From the NCBI GenBank assembly GCA_029262755.1, contig JAJCYU010000008.1, forward strand, positions 114-64,113: 64,000 nt of DNA, in the 5' to 3' direction. Positions 63,065-64,000 of the stretch are shown one piece after another (positions within the stretch are counted from its first letter, which is position 1; every line of letters begins with the position of its first letter). This DNA is from Anaerolineae bacterium. Its GTDB lineage: Bacteria; Chloroflexota; Anaerolineae; Epilineales; Epilineaceae. The position numbers were made by a program, and so were the translations under genes. The notes beneath the pieces are model-generated. The model ran no database searches. It saw nothing but the letters and a program-made list of their open reading frames with translations, and was not told the DNA's origin.

Positions 63065-64000
63065 GCCGCGGGCTCGGGGACGTGGTGCGGCACGGGCGCC
63101 GGCGTGGGCGGCTCGTTCGGCGTCGGGCGGCTGTGGGCGCGGCCGCGGACGGCGTCGAGCGTGAGGTCGTGCTCCAGGAGCCATGCGGCGAGCTGGTCGC
63201 GCACCTGTGCGAACAGGCCCGGTCCCGCGGCGTACACGGCGGAGCCGATGCCCACGGCGGTGGCGCCGGCCGAGAGCAGCTCGAGGGCGTGCGCGGCCGT
63301 GGATACGCCGCCGGTGCCGATGATCGGCACATCGACTGCGGCGCGCACCTGGTAGACGGCGTGCACGGCCACCGGGCGCAGCGCGTCGCCGGAGAGGCCG
63401 CCGCTGCGGTTGTCGAGCACCGGTTGGCCAGAGGTAGGGTCGATGACCATGCCGGGCATCGTGTTGACCGCGCAGATCGCGGCCGCGCCCGCGTCGACGA
63501 CGGCCTGGGCGATGCGGCCGATGTTCGGCACGTTCGGGGCGAGCTTGAGCACGAGCGGCATGTCGACCTCGGCTCGGACAGCGGCGGTCACCGCCGCGGC
63601 CGTCGGGCAACTCGCGGCGAAGGGCTCGCCGTAATCGTCCGCCACATTCGGGCAGCTGATGTTGACCTCGAGCAGGTCGGCGCCGGAAGGCGCGATGAGC
63701 GCTGCCATGCGCCCGAACTCCTCGACGGTGCCCGCGAAGATGCTTGCGATGAGCGGGACGCCGAGCGGTCGTAGCCGCGCTTGCGTCTCGGCCAGGAGTT
63801 CGGCTTCCGCGGCCGCGCCGGGGTTGGCCAGGCCGATCGCGTTGAGCAGGCCGCCCTCGATGGCAAAGCAGGATGGGTTGTTGTGCCCGGTCCGCACCGG
63901 CCCGGCCGACTTGGCCGTGATCGCGCCCGCGCCTGCACGGGCCGTGCGCTCCATGAGGGAGGCGTGCGTGCCGAGGATGCCCGAGGCCAGGACGAGCGGG
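63061..64000 (-). CDS. pyrD: Dihydroorotate dehydrogenase catalytic subunit (class 1B PyrD), partial; N-terminus lies beyond the window end
   Basis: NAIGLANPG...NISCPNV...NTMPGMVID...IIGTGGV. The frame is still open at nt 64000. Confidence 0.8.
   Translation of the reverse strand, partial: PLVLASGILGTHASLMERTARAGAGAITAKSAGPVRTGHNNPSCFAIEGGLLNAIGLANPGAAAEAELLAETQARLRPLGVPLIASIFAGTVEEFGRMAALIAPSGADLLEVNISCPNVADDYGEPFAASCPTAAAVTAAVRAEVDMPLVLKLAPNVPNIGRIAQAVVDAGAAAICAVNTMPGMVIDPTSGQPVLDNRSGGLSGDALRPVAVHAVYQVRAAVDVPIIGTGGVSTAAHALELLSAGATAVGIGSAVYAAGPGLFAQVRDQLAAWLLEHDLTLDAVRGRAHSRPTPNEPPTPAPVPHHVPEPAA

Overview
This is a high-GC (~70%) bacterial chromosomal window with GGAGG-type ribosome-binding sites and many 4-bp ATGA gene overlaps. 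The lineage is unknown; a Chloroflexi- or Actinobacteria-like organism is a guess only. The window splits into three parts.

**1–26.2 kb, a defence/toxin-antitoxin island with clear gene decay.** It contains:
- the 3' part of a giant SF2 helicase carrying DUF1998-like zinc ribbons and a DUF559/Vsr-like nuclease, translationally coupled to a RelE/ParE-like–UvrD helicase;
- a convergent three-gene nuclease cassette (a PUA-like PD-(D/E)xK protein, a second PD-(D/E)xK protein and a membrane coiled-coil protein);
- DarT/DarG, with darT carrying a 1-nt frameshift;
- a decayed YHYH lipoprotein gene with a MITE-like inverted-repeat element in its 3' end;
- a TIR–NB-ARC–TPR STAND protein coupled to a truncated DUF4143 ATPase;
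- a DUF429 + vWA gene pair;
- an IS21 istB remnant abutting a UPF0175 / truncated-PIN pair, overlapped by a mazG-like gene;
- a MazE/MazF pair and two tandem SPFH (band-7) proteins.

**26–48.7 kb, mostly secreted and cell-surface proteins.** These are three LVIVD-repeat beta-propeller paralogs, a cohesin–3×LysM protein and housekeeping genes (GrpB, a TroA/BtuF-like SBP, an SDR, MmcQ/YjbR, DUF92, a phosphoribosyltransferase, hutU).

**48.7–57.5 kb, a cobalamin-riboswitch-led operon.** It encodes two DUF4430-like proteins with prenyltransferase-like alpha/alpha-toroid repeats, followed by one 1412-aa ORF that fuses ECF transporter S, T, A and A' modules through in-frame perfect tandem-repeat linkers.

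Downstream lie an AT-rich region with a candidate small RNA and a strong intrinsic terminator, a lytic transglycosylase, a GDPD–FG-GAP secreted protein, and pyrK–pyrD (pyrD runs off the window end).

A short C-terminal motif (R-x-[IY]-[AL]-L-P-[LI]-x-R-[RP]) recurs after PT-rich linkers in at least three secreted proteins. It may be an undescribed sorting or anchoring tag. I found no rRNA, tRNA or CRISPR array.
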